From Podarcis pityusensis (Eukaryota), in the NCBI GenBank assembly GCA_964106645.2, contig OZ067042.1: a stretch of 64,000 nt of DNA; one strand, given 5' to 3'. Below are positions 46,431 to 60,991 of this stretch, in pieces; within the stretch, counting starts at the first letter, position 1; each line of letters opens with the position of its first letter. Made by a program: the position numbers and the translations under genes. Below the pieces are notes generated by a model. It searched no databases and had not been told where the DNA came from. It saw only the letters and a program-made list of their open reading frames with translations.

Positions 46431-48849
46431 ATAATCCTGAGTATTTATTCCTGCTCAGCCATGAAGCTACAAACTGGAACTGGGCATGAGACAGGGAGAA
46501 AAAAAGGACTTGCCACGCACATTTTTGCTCCCTTACAAAACTGCACAAATATGAAGAGGGCCCAGGGAAGCAGCTGCTGCAGGACTGTGTCTGTGAAGAG
46601 GTGAGGGGTGGAGTTGTAACTCCCAGTGGAAAGGGATTACATGCAAACATTTCTGTAGGAGAAGAATTTCTACCTGCACACAATTTATGCCATATTTTGC
46701 TCATCTCAGAAACTTCGCTTTCATATTTAAAAATCATGTCACGTTCCCTCATAGCTGTGCATATAAATTGTCCCCATATCAAGAAGTATTTTTTTAAATT
46801 CCCATTATTTAATCAACAGTCCATTTTACTGCATCTAATAATTTTTGTACTTTCTATTTATGATATTTTTCTATGTTTGGGTTGAGGTATAAAAACTCTC
46901 TAAGCAGCAGTATTCAACCATTTCAGTTCCTGAACTGAAATATTATCCTTAGGCTACATATTGCTTTTTATCTCTTATGTTTGAGATTCTCCACTTTCTC
47001 TCTCCTCTCTTCCTTCTTTTAAAACCAACATGTCAAAAATTGTGGTGATAATACTGGTGTGATGCAATTGTTGGTCATGACACATTCGTTCACAGGCCAA
47101 TTTTCTGTAACTAGAGATATGAATGGGGGGGATGCTTTTCCTCCCCTTCCCCTGTTTTCCCTGGGGTTTTCCAGCCTTCTACATCTCTATCTATGATCCA
47201 TCAGGTCAAAGACCAATTTCCTATACAGTCCTGCTTATTCTAGTACCCCAAAAAGCCTTATCTCTAGCAGAAGACACTGACAGAGTTCACCCCATATAGC
47301 TAAAACACATGACAGTGGGATATATCAGCCTCTTTGGGAGGGAGGATTACCAAAGTCTTTATTCACCCTCTTCGACCATGTGATTTCAATCAGAAAGGAC
47401 GTCTGAGTTGGATGCTCCAAACTTTGACCACATGGCTTTACCAAGCCATCTTCGTGTTTCTAGACAAATGATTTAGAAACTCTTACCTTCTTGAAACTAA
47501 GTTAAACTGCCTGTCTTTTCTTGCTGCTGTATGGAAAAGCACACGAATCTGACCTTTGAAGAGTTTGTAAGCAAACCATTTTAACTTATCAAACATGTGG
47601 TCTCTTTTTTCTAAGCTAAGGGAAGTAATGGGAACTTTGGAAGAAACTTAAAAGGGGATAATTTAAAGGTCTAACAAGCAATATCTCCACTCTTAACTTG
47701 TCTGCATGTTTTGTGACTCTAAATCTTTGCTGGGGCTCTCCCCAAGAGAGTATTTCTCTCAAACCCATATCTAGGCATCTAGGGAACTCTTTTATTCTTT
47801 TAAACCAATTACAAACAAACCATTAAATACCAACAATGACATCTCCCAGAGATTCCTGTAAACTGTAGTTTGTAAAGGATTCTGGGAAATGTAGTTCTGT
47901 TGTGCGTAAACTATAGTTCCCAAAATTCTTTTTTGGGGAAGCCATTTCTCCTTCTCACTGGGCCAGTATTATCTGTGCTGTGTTTGTGGCTTGATTTTTT
48001 TGCACATACATTTCTATCAAGAGCTCTAGTGACCCAAGAAGTATGTCATTTTCTCTTATTTGTTACAGACCCTGCCATCTCCTTGGGAAAGAGTGGCTGT
48101 CAGTTTTCATTGTGTTCAGGCCAGTGACACTCAGATGAAATGCTTGCTGCTGTTTTTGTTTATCACAACAGAGAAACTCCCAAGGGGAAATAAACTGCAA
48201 TGTCCCTCTCCTCATAGCATCACACTACTCTGCTTTAATCCCAAAGGGACACTCAGAGTATATTGCCCTCCTTCTACTACTCTTTACATTTGATGGAGGT
48301 ATATATAGAAATACCTTGGCAAATTCCACCCTAATTCAGGTGTTTTTTTAAAAAAAATCTAATTCATTGTTATTACCAACCCAGAACACTTAAAAAATGT
48401 AGGAACAGTTATCGCACTGGCATACCGCCACCAGCTGTTGCCCAAAATGACTCATGTCTCTAGTGTATGTTGATTAAAGTTCACTTCCTAGTCAAAAATG
48501 ACCACATTTGAATACTGGCTGTCAAATATTATTCGTGACAATAACACACAAATTTAAAAGCTTATTATTTAAGTTCTCCTGCCCTGCTAGGGAAAGTTAA
48601 GATGAGATGGCATCCATCCGTCTCAAGAGACAACAGAGAAGTGTGCCCTTGGAGGTAATGTCAAACTGTTGGAGAGTTACAGCGCCTGCTGTGGCTGTAG
48701 AAAGTGATGCAGGAGAGACATGTTTTGTTGCAGCAGATGAAGGCATCTAGTTGTGCTGCTGCAGATGCATTTTTTTTCTCTGTGCTCCTCCCAGCTTTAT
48801 AATCAATTTCAGATGTAGAACCGCCTTGGGAAAAGTGCAGATTCCAATA

Positions 48850-49075
48850 CAGTGGTACCTCAGGTTACATACGCTTCAGGTTACAGACTCCGCTAACCCA
48901 GAAATAGTACCTCAGGTTAAGAACTTTGCTTCAGGATGAGAACAGAAATCAGGCTCCGGCGGTGTGGCAGCAGCAGGAGGCCCCATTAGCTAAAGTGGTG
49001 CTTCAGGTTAAGAACAGTTTCAGGTTAAGAACAGACCTCTGGAACGAATTAAGTACTTAACCCAAGGTACCACTG
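48850..49075. mobile_element. Same Tc1/mariner MITE, copy 3
   Basis: TA|CAGTGGTACCTC ... GGTACCACTG|TA, 226 bp. Confidence 0.85.
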
Positions 49076-49247
49076 TATGGTGGCCATGCAAGAACGGCAG
49101 CCCTTATTGTTTTACTATTCATATTTAGACTTTCAATATCATTTTAAGAACAGGTATGATATATCTTATTTTTAAAAGTTAAGGCACCTGTGAACATTAA
49201 ACACACACATACACAAATTAATATTTAAATTTTAAATAGCCCTAAAA

Positions 49248-49555
49248 TAAGAATATAAGGACCTGCTGGATGAAGCCAATGGCCCATCTAGTCCAGCATC
49301 CCAGTCTCACAGTGGCCAACCAGATGCCTGTGGGAAGCCTGCAAACAGGACATAAATGCAAGAGCACTCTGCCCACCTGCAATGCCCAACTGGCATTCAG
49401 AGGCATACTACCTCTGGCAGTGGAATTAGAACATAGGCACAGTGGCTAGTAGCAGCTGAGAGCCTTCTCTTCCTTGAATTTTTCCAGTCCTCTTTTAAAG
49501 CCAAGTTGGTGGCCATCACTTCCTCCTGTTAGAACAAGTTCCATAGCTTTACTGC
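49248..49555 (-). mobile_element. CR1 LINE 3' end (a shorter copy lies at ~2020-2125)
   Basis: ctgctggatgaagccaatggcccatctagtccagcatc...cacagtggccaaccagatgcc...gttccatag is the reverse complement of the 53700-54110 type sequence. Confidence 0.75.
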
Positions 49556-50799
49556 AAAAATGCCTTGACTCCATACTGGAATCTGTGCACTTCCCAAAGG
49601 GGCACCACACCTGAAATCAAACATATAACTGAAATCTACAGTCCTGCAAGAGCTGACCTTGTCACAATTTGCAGTAAAACAAATAACCACACGACAATAA
49701 CAGCAGAACAAAAGAATTAAAACTTCAGGAGGTCCTATTAGAGATCTCCCACGTCACATCTGTTTCCACCAAGAATAAAGGCTTTCTAAACACGCAGAGG
49801 ATAGAAGAATCCAGTTCTTGACACTTAACTCCGGTGCTCAGCAATCTTGTGCCCCAGCACTTGTGCTGTTTATATTATTCTCAGGGCAACTGGCTGTTTT
49901 GCCAAAACATTTCAAACAGAGCTTCAAAACTCTCTGTGTTATTTACTTTGGGTTTGAAATGGGGAAATCAAAGCTCGGGGCGCTAGGAGATTAAGATCTT
50001 CCATTAAGAACTTGCTGAAGCAATCTATATCTTGGAAACAGTAGGGCACAAAGTGCCAGCAAATTCTGAAGTCTGATCAGTCTGCAGAATGATTTTCAGA
50101 GTCATTGGAGAAGACAGCTCTCTGCATGCTCTGATGATTTAGGCCACAACTAAGCAGCCTTGCGCTCCGCTACATACCTTCATGTGTATGAACATGACAA
50201 ATGATCTGAGTTATAAGAACGCTGCCACTTCCTGGAATCCTCCCACTTTTAATACCAATGCATAAAACGCAGGGACAGCAGAGCTTTTTGTGATATAATC
50301 CCAAAGCTGCTTAGGGGGCAAGATAAAATCAAATTGTCCCTGTGCATGTTCATTTTTATGCACAATAACATCTGGCATGCTGATGCCACAGCATATTAAG
50401 GTGACCTTGAGCATTAAAAGGCACAATAATCTTTTTTTAAAATGGAAAAAAGATGCCTTGCTGATGGACAGTTTACTGTTCCTAAATAACCTTATGAAAG
50501 CAGGGTGGAGGAAGACCCTGATCTCCTCTCCTTGGATGCTGTAATGACTCACTGTAATATTTCTCCCCAAAGACCTTGCCTATGCACGACCGGGGACTTT
50601 CCATACAATGCCAAAACCTATTTCTCTCATATAATATCATTGCAGTCATCATACTATATGTCACTGGAGGACTCAAACCTTGGCCCCCGGCAGCAGGCCC
50701 CACCTTGCACCACCAGTGCAGCTTGCATACAGAGAGAACTACTTGCCTGAACTCTGTGACACTAGAGAACCATCACTGTAGCAGACCAGAGAGTGTATT

Positions 50800-51525
50800 G
50801 CACTAGAAATGGGGAACCTGCAGTCCTTCAAAAGTTGTTGAACATGAACTCTCAGCAGCTTCAGTCAGCATGGCCAACAGTCAGCGATGACAGAAGTTGT
50901 AGTCCAGCAAAATCTGGAAGGCCACAGGTTCCTCATTCCTGCATTAAAACTTTGCTAGGCTAAGTTGGGGGAGGGGATAAGATGCACATATTCTAATCCC
51001 AATTTGTCCCCTCATAGGGAGCTGCATGCAACTAAATCCTACACAGAGTAGACCCAATGAAATTAATGAACCTAAGTTAGCCATGTCCATTAGCCTCAGT
51101 AGGTCTACTCTGAGGGGGACTAGCTTTGAATACCACTGAAAGGTCCTTTAAGCTGAAAAGAAGCCTACCCCTTCATAATTTAAAGCAGAGGTACCTAGCA
51201 TGCCTTCCAGGTGTTGAACTGCAGCTCTCATCATCTCTAACCTTGTTCATGCCGGCTGAGGCTGACGTTGGGAGTTCAGCTTCAGGAGGGTAACAGATTG
51301 GTTGTTCTTGTTCTTGGAGGGGGACGATTCTCAGAGAACACACATTCTACGATGTGATTTCTCCAATATCCTCCACCCATAGGTTCATTTAAACCAGAGG
51401 TAGAAATCTATGACCCACCAGACGTTGTTAGACTCTAATTTCATCAGTCCCAGGCAGCATATCAATTGTTAGGGATGATGAGAGTTCAGAAACATCTGGA
51501 AGGCAACAGGTTCCATATCCTGCTT
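50800..51525. mobile_element. Cluster of short palindromic MITEs (gatgttg..gactc..ctcccatca family and agagtagaccca hairpin family); family members also at ~8030, ~15520, ~16850, ~44250 and ~62880
   Basis: Recurrent 100-150 bp imperfect hairpins seen several times in the window. Confidence 0.55.
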
Positions 51526-53699
51526 TGAGCTGCAAGAAGGGCATAGGTCAAACTTGTTCAGTATTGTGTACACTGACTGGCAACAGCTTTCCAAGGTTTC
51601 AGACAGGACTCTTTCCCAGCTCAAACTGAAAATGCCACAAATTGATCCTGGGACCCTCAAAACATCAGTTCTGCCAATGAACTGCAGCCATTCCCTAAAG
51701 AAGGGAAGCAAAAAACCCCTCCACTGACCATGGTGGTGGAGCGGGGAATTGGCCTCTGAAAACATGTTTCCCCTGAGGCCAGCTCCCATCACCCATGAAA
51801 TCTGTACACAGGTCTTTAGTTGTTAACTATTCTATTCTTGACATAAGTGCCTCAGGATGTAGAGAGAAGGGAAAAGGGCCTTTCTACCTTCTTACTGATT
51901 TGTCAGCAAAGAAGTACATATGGTATAATGCTTCTGTTAGGCTGCCATATATGAAATGCTGTATTGTAAACCAAATATCTTTTAAAATTCATACTGCATC
52001 TGAAGGTGTAGAAAGGCCAAATGGTATTATTATGACCTACAATGTCCTAGCCACTGAGCCAAGACAACAGAATGCACTATGTTCTCAACCAGTCTGCTAA
52101 TAACAGTGAAATATAGCTGACCATACCATATACTGCTTCATCTATATTCAGAAGAAGAGGTGGCAGGGGAATCTATCCTGCATTATTGCCAGATGGGAAT
52201 TGGAACCACATTTAAGACAAGTATGAAAAACACCTCGCAAAATTGCATGTTTAAGTTTAAGTTTAAGAGGACACACAATGGGAAGTCACTGACAAAGACC
52301 ACTTCCAGGCTGCTGTTATTTTATAGGTGAGATTCAATCCTCTACTGGCAAATTTGAAGGGTGGGCAATTAAAGACGAGTTCATGCTTTTGCGCAACAAA
52401 CTTTATTTCGTGGGAAACTTTGGGATAACAATCACTTGAGGCAATGTCATATAACCTCCACATAAAAAAAAATCAAAATGAATGGTTACCGAAGAGTAGC
52501 TGTCACATACCCTTCATGCAAACTTCCTAGGGCTTCAGTGGTTTACAAGGTGTTTCTTAAAAGAAGCATTAGATTATCATTATGATTCAGTCTGAACCAA
52601 ACACAGACAGAATTTAAACATGATCAATAATACCCTCTTATTTTCCTGTAAAAATCAGTAAGATTCTTCAGATCAGCAAATTTTGAATCTGCCATAGCTC
52701 GGAAGTATAACCCCTATCAGTACACAAGTAAACACTATGCAGTTGCAAACTGTATTGCAGAACCTTGCTTTGCAAGGTCTAAATGGCAATATCTTCCACA
52801 TCAGAACCTTGTGCAACCTTCACAAATCCAGGGTTGGTGAATGAGGCATTGGGTCCTTATGCCATTAGCACTAATTGTGTTAATGTAGAGATGAATGTAC
52901 CATTGTACATAGAGAAGAAGCTGCCAGATGCTGCAACCCAAACATATTTGTTTAACCCCTCTGGTTTCATAACAGACCTCCACATCTGTATGTGTATATA
53001 ATAATATAGTTTCTATAGTCAGAAATCTCTTAAGCAGTGACACCTTTGATCACTAGCTAGGTGGTTTTCATTTTTCTCCAAGCCAAGTATGCAGGTCTCT
53101 CTCCTTCCTATTTAGCAAGCAATTTACTTTTGAGATGACAGTACTGACAGAATGGACTCCCAGGAGCCCATTCTGTGATATATGATATATATATCATGAG
53201 TGATATATTATCAAGAAGCTCCATAAGCATTTTTGTACATAAAACATCCATGTCTGTAACAGTTCCTAAATAAAATACACTTATTTCTCCCCTATGTCAG
53301 TCCCCTATGACCAAAATCTGCCCTTTTCTTTTTATCTTGCTGCAGTGTTTAAGAATAGGTATGAGTTAGTTGGCCTGAGATGAACAATTCATATGCTCCA
53401 ATTCTTTCTTTATTGCCCGGCATAATTCCCATCATATGGTCCCTATCCCTGGTAAGATGTTGCCTTTGTCTTTGGGAAATATTTTGGGGTTACCCCCAGA
53501 TATGAAATGCGGCTGAATATGTTTGTAATGAAGCTCTTCTGTAATAAGAGAGACCAGGACCACAGAGAAATTAGAACCATCTTAAAGATTAAAAAACAAA
53601 CCTCTTATGGACATAGGATAAAAGCTCAACCAAAATGGAGCAACTTGCCTGCAACACATGGAGCTTTCCAGTTTAGGAAAAAATGTGAATAAGGGGGGC

Positions 53700-54110
53700 A
53701 AAATAGATGCACATAAAATTATGCAAGGTATGGCAAAAGTGGAAAGGGAGAAGTTTCTTCTCCTCTCTCATAATACTGGAGTCATCCAATGAGGCTGAAT
53801 TGGGAACATTCAGGACATTAACACAACACATAGTTCAACTATGGAATTTGCTACCACAATAGGTAGTAATGGCTGCCAGCTTGGGTGGCTGTAAAATGGG
53901 TTTATTCATGGAGAAGATCAGTGGCTAGCAGTTATGATTACCTCCGTGATGAGAGGCCCAATGTCTTCTGAATACTAGTTGCTGGGAAGCACAAACAAGT
54001 GTGTGCTACTCCACTCATTTCCTGCTGTGGGCTTCCCATGGGCATCTAGTCGACCACTGTGGGCCAGAATTTTGGACTAAAGAGGCCCTTATTCTAATCC
54101 AGCAGGGTTA
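53700..54110 (+). mobile_element. CR1 LINE 3' end
   Basis: ataaaattatgcaaggtatgg...ctatggaatttgctaccaca (WNLLP)...tggactaaagaggcc. Confidence 0.75.
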
Positions 54111-57100
54111 AGGACTGTGCTTCCCAGCCTTAGAATCAATGGAAGGAATAGGCTACAACTACTACAGGACTGGATTCTTCCAATGCCTCATGCCCTAGAG
54201 TGATGGAAATTTATTGGTAAAAGTGAGAACAACGGGAAGACCTGTTGAAGTAGAATGCCTTGCATTCCTTTGTATTATGCTAAAAGAGGGAAATAGTTGA
54301 ACCCTCTGATTCCAACTCTGAAATGCTGGATAACCAAAGAAAATCAATATGAACGTTGACAAATTATTCTTTGTGCCAGTGTTGTACTCATTGGGGAATT
54401 CTGCTGTATAAGCACAAAAAGAGCAGTTTAAAGGTATTTTAATGTACTTTTTAAATGAAGTTGTCAAAGACTGCATTTGTGCTCTTGTGTTTGATGAATA
54501 TATAGATTGGTTTTTGCAAAAAGCAGTAAATAAAAATGCAACCTACTGACTTTCACACAACAAAACACCATTAACTGTGCAGTGGGTGATTGTTGGAACA
54601 ACTGTGTAAACTAAATGTGCCATGTACAATTAAAGTGCACCCCAAATCACTGTTTGCTTGCTGTTACAGCTTTTTTTAACTGATTCTGAAGATGATATAG
54701 TGAGCATCCCAAAGGACTCATAAATTAATTAAAAGAGCTGTTTTCATTTACACACACAAATACACTCCTCCCCATCTCTCTATTTTCACGCAATGCAGCT
54801 GGCCAACCCACACTGTACACTATCACAGATATATATGCCCTAAAGATGTAAGAATACAAATTTGGAGGTAACAGACTGCCATCACTGTGCAACTTCTAGA
54901 CTCGAAATGTCCTGCATCATTCAATACTCCTTTCTTCATGCTATGCGCATATATAAGAGAAGAGACCCTTTTGTCCCTATAAGAGTATTTGAAATGCGTC
55001 TTGCATTATAGTTGGAATTACTGCTAATCAAACATGTTCAACAAAGATCAGAACAATCTGCACCATGCACGTAAAATACTGTTTACCATTTTAACTGCCA
55101 TGGCTTTCCCCAAAGAATCCTGGGAACTGTAGTTTGTTAATGGTGCTGAAACACCCCTCAGAGAGCTATAATTTCCATCAACCATAACAACCCTACAATC
55201 CCCAAGATTCTTTGATGGAAATCATAATTGTTAAAGTGGTATAAGAGTGTCTTAACGAGTATCCTTAAATTGTTACATTTCAGGGGACCACCAGATGTAG
55301 TTCCTAAGAACAACAGGGACAGAAAGTATGGCATTAAAGAAATATTTCTGCATTTAAGGGTGTTGCTGCTTGACAAGAGACATCCTGCCCTTGCTGTGCT
55401 GATCCTTACCAACCAACATATACCAGCAAGGGATAAGAATAACGATTGTCCCCAATCTCCATCTGGACATGTAGCTTTGTCCAGAATTTGTTTATCACCT
55501 GCAAATTACAAACTGGAATCATACACTTACTTTTCGGGTTCATACTTTTGGATTACCAAAGACAAGGTATTAATTTTGAATTCTCTACAAGCTTGTGAAA
55601 TGATTGAAAAGTCAGAATTTCAGTGATATCTCATTTCAATAGCGCCATGGTAGTTTTTAAAAATCCCAATACAAAATAAAAATAAAAATGCTGCCTAATG
55701 CCCAATTATGCTAGGAGGATTCTTTTAATCCAATAAGGACTGTCGGCATTAAAGCAGCTGTTAACAGCAATCATGTTTAGAATCCTAGGTCTGAAAATGC
55801 CAAGTCTGCTGATCCAAGGCAGCATCCAAATTGCACTACTAAACAATAAGACTGCGGTGCAGGGGGATCGTACCCCAAGGTACTTGCAGAGCGAAATGCT
55901 CTAGCTGACTCAAGCTAACAATTTCTTCTTGACGGCACAGTAAATTGATCCGTCCATGGCAAGCTCAGAAATGTGTAGTAGGTCAAATGCTAATGAGAAT
56001 CGGCAAGATCAAATTCTAGTCCTGGGCAAGCTACCATTTGCAAAGGAGAACAGCATACTTCAAAAAAAATTTGGTCATTAAGACTCCAGCCCTAAATATG
56101 CTTATTACAGAATAAGGGGCTTACTTATGAGTACGCATGCACATAATTGTGCAATAAGTGATATATTAAATTAGTGCTAGTTAAAAGCTCAGCCATGACC
56201 TAAGTAATTTTTGCTAGACTGTATACAGGAAGCTGTATTATAATGAGTCAGAGTACTGGTCTACCTAGTTCAGTATTGTCAACACCGACTGACAGAGGCT
56301 CTCTATCTAGTGTTCCAGGCAGGAGACCTTCTCAAACTTACTTAGAGAACCCAGAGACAGAATCCAAGAACTTCTGCATGCAACTCATGTGCTGTTGCCA
56401 CTGACCTGTGGTGGCAACTGGAATGGGAATTCACTGACCAGCAAAATGCTCTGTATATGTTCAAATGTACTTAAAGTAGGGCCAGAGTTACTTCTAAAAT
56501 TCCTTTTTGCTCTTCGCTAGCGCATTTGGCTTTATCCAGGCCAACACCACATTCATGTAATGAATAAGGGTCAAGTAATCTTGCTTCATGTGGGATGAGA
56601 GGTGCTGAAAAGTAATTGCCTGCTCGGTGCTTTTCCATTTGTGATATTTGAATTCTACCCTTCCAAGTAACTAAGAGCTCAGTTGTTGTATTACCTCACT
56701 GGTCTGATAGGTCAGGGAAGGAGGAAAAGTCCAGTTTTGGAAGCATGCTTTTTATATTAGTCAGTGGTGTGTAAAGAAAGTAGACTTGATAGGCTGAGTT
56801 ATGATGACCCTGCAGGGCTAGGAAAGAATGCTCACAGTCTAAATAGCTTATTGAGGGCAGAACTCAACCTGTCAGCATGGAATGTAGTCTCTGGCTAGAA
56901 CTGGCTCCACTTTTGCTCTGGCACTTTGTGTAACTAGCAAGGAAGAATGAAGGAGTGATCTTAAAAGATAAGTATTAACCCCACTTTAGCCGGCTTGCCA
57001 GGATGGGAGTTTCTGAACATGAAGATGCCACCTGTCTTGAAAATAGTGTAAAACACAAAATTACTGTTAGATTTTCTCCCCCAGTTGAATGAAAAAGGCT

Positions 57101-60100
57101 ATGGAGATATGAAGGAAACCTTCAAAAAAAAACCCCACTAATCACATAATTTTCTCTTCTTACTACTCAACTTTGATTAACTATGAAGATTTTTCTGTAG
57201 TAAAAATCCTCCCCACTCCTTTTTACTGCTCCCCCCCCCCCCCACTTCTGCTTAGTAAGAAGCTTAACCACAAGCCAACAGGCTAAGCCAAACCTTGGCT
57301 GAGTTCAGTGGGGCAACAGCAAAGCAGCTGCACATTTCTCTCTGGGAGCATGTGCATCTGCACAGTCCCAAAAAACCAAGCTTGGCTTGCCACACTGTAC
57401 AAACCAGGCCTATGTGTAATGACTATCTGGATGTTGTAACTGTTATTTATTTATCTGAATGGGGTGTGTGGGTGGGTGTGGGTATAGATGTGTGTGTGTA
57501 AATCATTTTGAGAGGAGTGAATGCAGAGTGCTGGATAAGGTTTTTTAAATATATAACTGCAGGGCTACATGCCTACTTCACCTACTTCGCTACTTCTAGC
57601 CATTTATTATTAGGACCTTCTCAGTCAGTCATGCTTTGTTTCATCGGTCATCACAGTAAAACCATTTCTAGGTTTTAAAAATTAAAACAAGTCATTAAAA
57701 ATATAGCCCAGAACACAGATCAAGATTGTGATGAAGCCATAGATTATAATGGGATTAATTATTGATAATGCTGTTGTCATGTAGGCCATTCTGCATATTT
57801 AATAATGTCTCACATTTAGAACTTTAACCCTATTAAATAGGATATGCCTTGAAATTATGGCAAATAAACTATACATAATTAGCTCAAGTTGTTGACAGGA
57901 TGAAATATTAGCAACCCTGATAATCCAGAAGGCACCCAAAGCAAATTCTGCTTGAAAAAAATATTTATCCATTTCCTGAATTCTTAATATTATTTTGCAA
58001 ATTTGAAAGTACAGCAGACAGTAACGTTCAATAAAATCATGTGTCCTTTCTCTGATTGGCTGAGGCACCAGTTACTCCCTAATGCGCTGCCTAATTAGTG
58101 CCTAAAAGACAGCCCTGTCTGCACTACAACTGCCCACCCAGAGTGATGGCAACAGATACACTTACACATACAGTGTGAATGGCAAAATCCCAAAAGGGAA
58201 TTGAGACTTTGTAAGGATTTATGATTTAATGGTCATGTTATACAATCATTTTCTATTAAATGAGCTTGGTGTTGGGTGTTCAGTACCTGGCCCTAACTTT
58301 ATATTAAGGAGTTACCATCTGAGTTACCATTTTTGTGTCTCTCTTTTAATACACGCATGCCAGAAGTGGCAAATGGATTGTAGACAGCCAGAGAGGCAGG
58401 ATGTGATGTGTGCACATTTCAGGCACAGCTTGTCTCCCTCTATCAGACAGTTCAAAAGTTGAGAAGGTAGAAAAGGGTCAGCTTTGAAAAGAATGGCATT
58501 CTCACTATAATGCTCAAACCACATTCATTCATGCAAAAAATCTCTGCAAACTGTCCTGCGGTTGCTGCTTCTGTCTCCGCCTTTACGTTTCAGCATTCCT
58601 GGCTCTACAGCCAAGAGCACCCAAAGACATTCCCTACTTTATCTCCCAACAGGATGAGTCTCATGTAATGGTCTCCTTCTGAGCTTTCATCAAATGACAG
58701 CTTTACTGCTTGGTGCTGCCCAAAATTTAATTTGTTGTTGTTTTATGTCTTCCCACACAATACTGAGATGACCATCCATTTAAAGTGGAGGAAAGAAAAT
58801 AGTGCTAATAAGGAAGAGAAAGATAAGGATCAAACAGGCTACTGTGCGGTATATCTTTTATCTTTGATAAATGCCATGGGAGTTAGCTCACGTATTCAGT
58901 ATCAGACTGGTGAGGTGTAATTGGGCGCGCCTAGTAACTGCATAAATTCAAGAATGGCAAGGGCATGCTTCCAAATATCATTCCTGGTAAGAAACAATTC
59001 CTTTTTAAGGGAACTAGGCCTTTCAAAGAAGTAAGGCTAGATAACAGTACTGGCTCAAATCCAGCCAAATACATTTTGCTACCTGAGGCAGAGCAGAAGA
59101 CACACTCTCTCCCCACAGTCCTTGTGGGTGGTACCAAAGCCCTTTAAGATAATTTGGCATGAGATGCAGAAAATCCCACAAGCTCCTCTCCTTGTCCAAG
59201 GCAGCAGCAATGCAACAATAACGATCTGCAGCTTTTGTTCCAAGACACCCCAAACCAGCTGCCTCACTCTACCTAACGGCAGGGTCAATCCTGCTCCGTG
59301 TATGTCCCTTTACTGCAAAACAAGTAACATCAGAGCTGGAAGCCTTGAGGCCTGCTGCGTATGGGAGATTCAATTCACTGCTTGAAAGAAGCCCCTCACA
59401 AACGCAACATGTGGACAACAGAATCCCACTTTGACAATGGAATGTAGGATGCTGCCTTAAACTGAATCAGACCAGTAACTTGTTCAATCAGCTCTTACCG
59501 TCTTTAAAAAGTTCAGTATGAAAAGATATGGATAACTGCCTCTTGGGTGGTCCCTATCTAATTGGAGCAAGGTATCAGAAGCACAGAACTATGACCTGAG
59601 CTGAGTCGGTGTTCAGCCACGGTAGTTAATGGTTCAAAAATGTGCCCCTATCAGTCAGGAAAAAACACCATCTGCTTCAAGTCAGACAATACATTCCCTA
59701 TGAGGTTATCCTCATGGGACCATGCACCTTTAACACCTGAGCACACACATGCTACATACATGGAGTCAGATGTTTGTGCATCCAAACAAGAAGGCATATT
59801 TATATCAAAGAAAGCATTTTTGTCAGACAAGCTATAGAATCTTCAACATGCTTTCTCAACAGCTTGCGTTCTCACTAGAAAACTGTTGGCGCTAAAAATG
59901 TGTTTTCATGCATATCTGTGCCTTCAGGCAATTAGAGTAAAGGCGTGTGACACACCAGTAACCTTAAGATTGCCAGATGTCCAGGACTGGCCTGGACAGT
60001 GTAAGAACTGACTCTTATCAAAAACTCAGATAATCTTCCTTATAGGAGCCCCAAAGCAGCCTCCAAGTCCAGAAAATCCAAGTACATTGCTTATTTTTGG

Positions 60101-60853
60101 TGTAACTAGCATCTGTTTTTCAAAGGAGATGCATATGGAGCAATGGGTATCAGGAGTCACACAAGAAATGTACATGGTAGTTTTTATAACACCACAGCAA
60201 CTATAGAAAAAAGTTTAACATGACCAATTGAAAAGAAAGAAGTGGGGAACATCTGAAAGCCAAGTTGTAGATGCTTTGAAAGTCTATTATTTCCCAGAAG
60301 GAACAACAAAAAGGTTTTTTTGGGGGGGGGGCAGGGTTTCCTCTGTACTGCAGTGTATAATAAAATGTCTTTTGGTTCCAAATAACTACTTTTCGAAGGA
60401 AAAAAAACCCCATATATGTTGCTTTAGACTAACAAAATAATTGGTTTAGGTTCTTCCCCCTTACATTATCTTTCAGGGAAAATGTAGTAATTTCATAATT
60501 CATGAAATAAAAACAAAGCTTACATATTTCAAATATCCTTTTCTCAAAGGTTGCAGTACTAATTACTTCTTGGAACAAATAACAATTTCAGATAAATTCC
60601 TTGGAATTGTGGCTAATTTCAGAGCAGTTTACATCTGCTGCAGTCAAAAGTTTGGAGTTGTGCCAAGACGTACGACAGGCAACCCAATTGTTTCCACCAT
60701 GTAACTACAAGCCTGGTTGGCATGTCACGTTCGACCACAGTTAAAATGACCTACAGTTTCATGTAAACAAGCAGCATGTTAGTGCACACTGCTGAAATCA
60801 TGGGTGCTTTGCTCCTCCCTTGCTTCTGCTGCACCACTGGGAAACAAGCTTGC

Positions 60854-60991
60854 CTGGCTTGTTGTGTCGTCCAAACTCATGTTGTGGTTTGTTTTCGCCA
60901 AACAAACCATGAGCGGAAAGCCAAGAGCAAACCTTGGCTGTTTGGAGAGAAATAAAGCATGAGCCTTGGTTCGGATGACACAACAAGCCAG
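60854..60991. repeat. Inverted repeat, probably the core of a palindromic MITE
   Basis: ctggcttgttgtgtcgtccaaac (60854-60876) vs the reverse complement of 60969-60991: 21/23 match. Confidence 0.7.

Noticed and set aside
47487-47596. ATG-initiated 36-codon frame (MFDKLKWFAYKLFKGQIRV...) ending at a strong donor AAG|GTAAGA
   Set aside because: Phase 2, whereas the next exon (40542) needs phase 1. It could be a non-coding or uORF exon but is unsupported without RNA data.
58040-58170. CCAAT box, ACTACAA-like motif and ATG T|GTAAGT phase-1 donor (58166) as an alternative promoter or first exon
   Set aside because: The motifs lie on the intronic side of the donor, the donor has a weak -1 position, and all are short enough to be chance.
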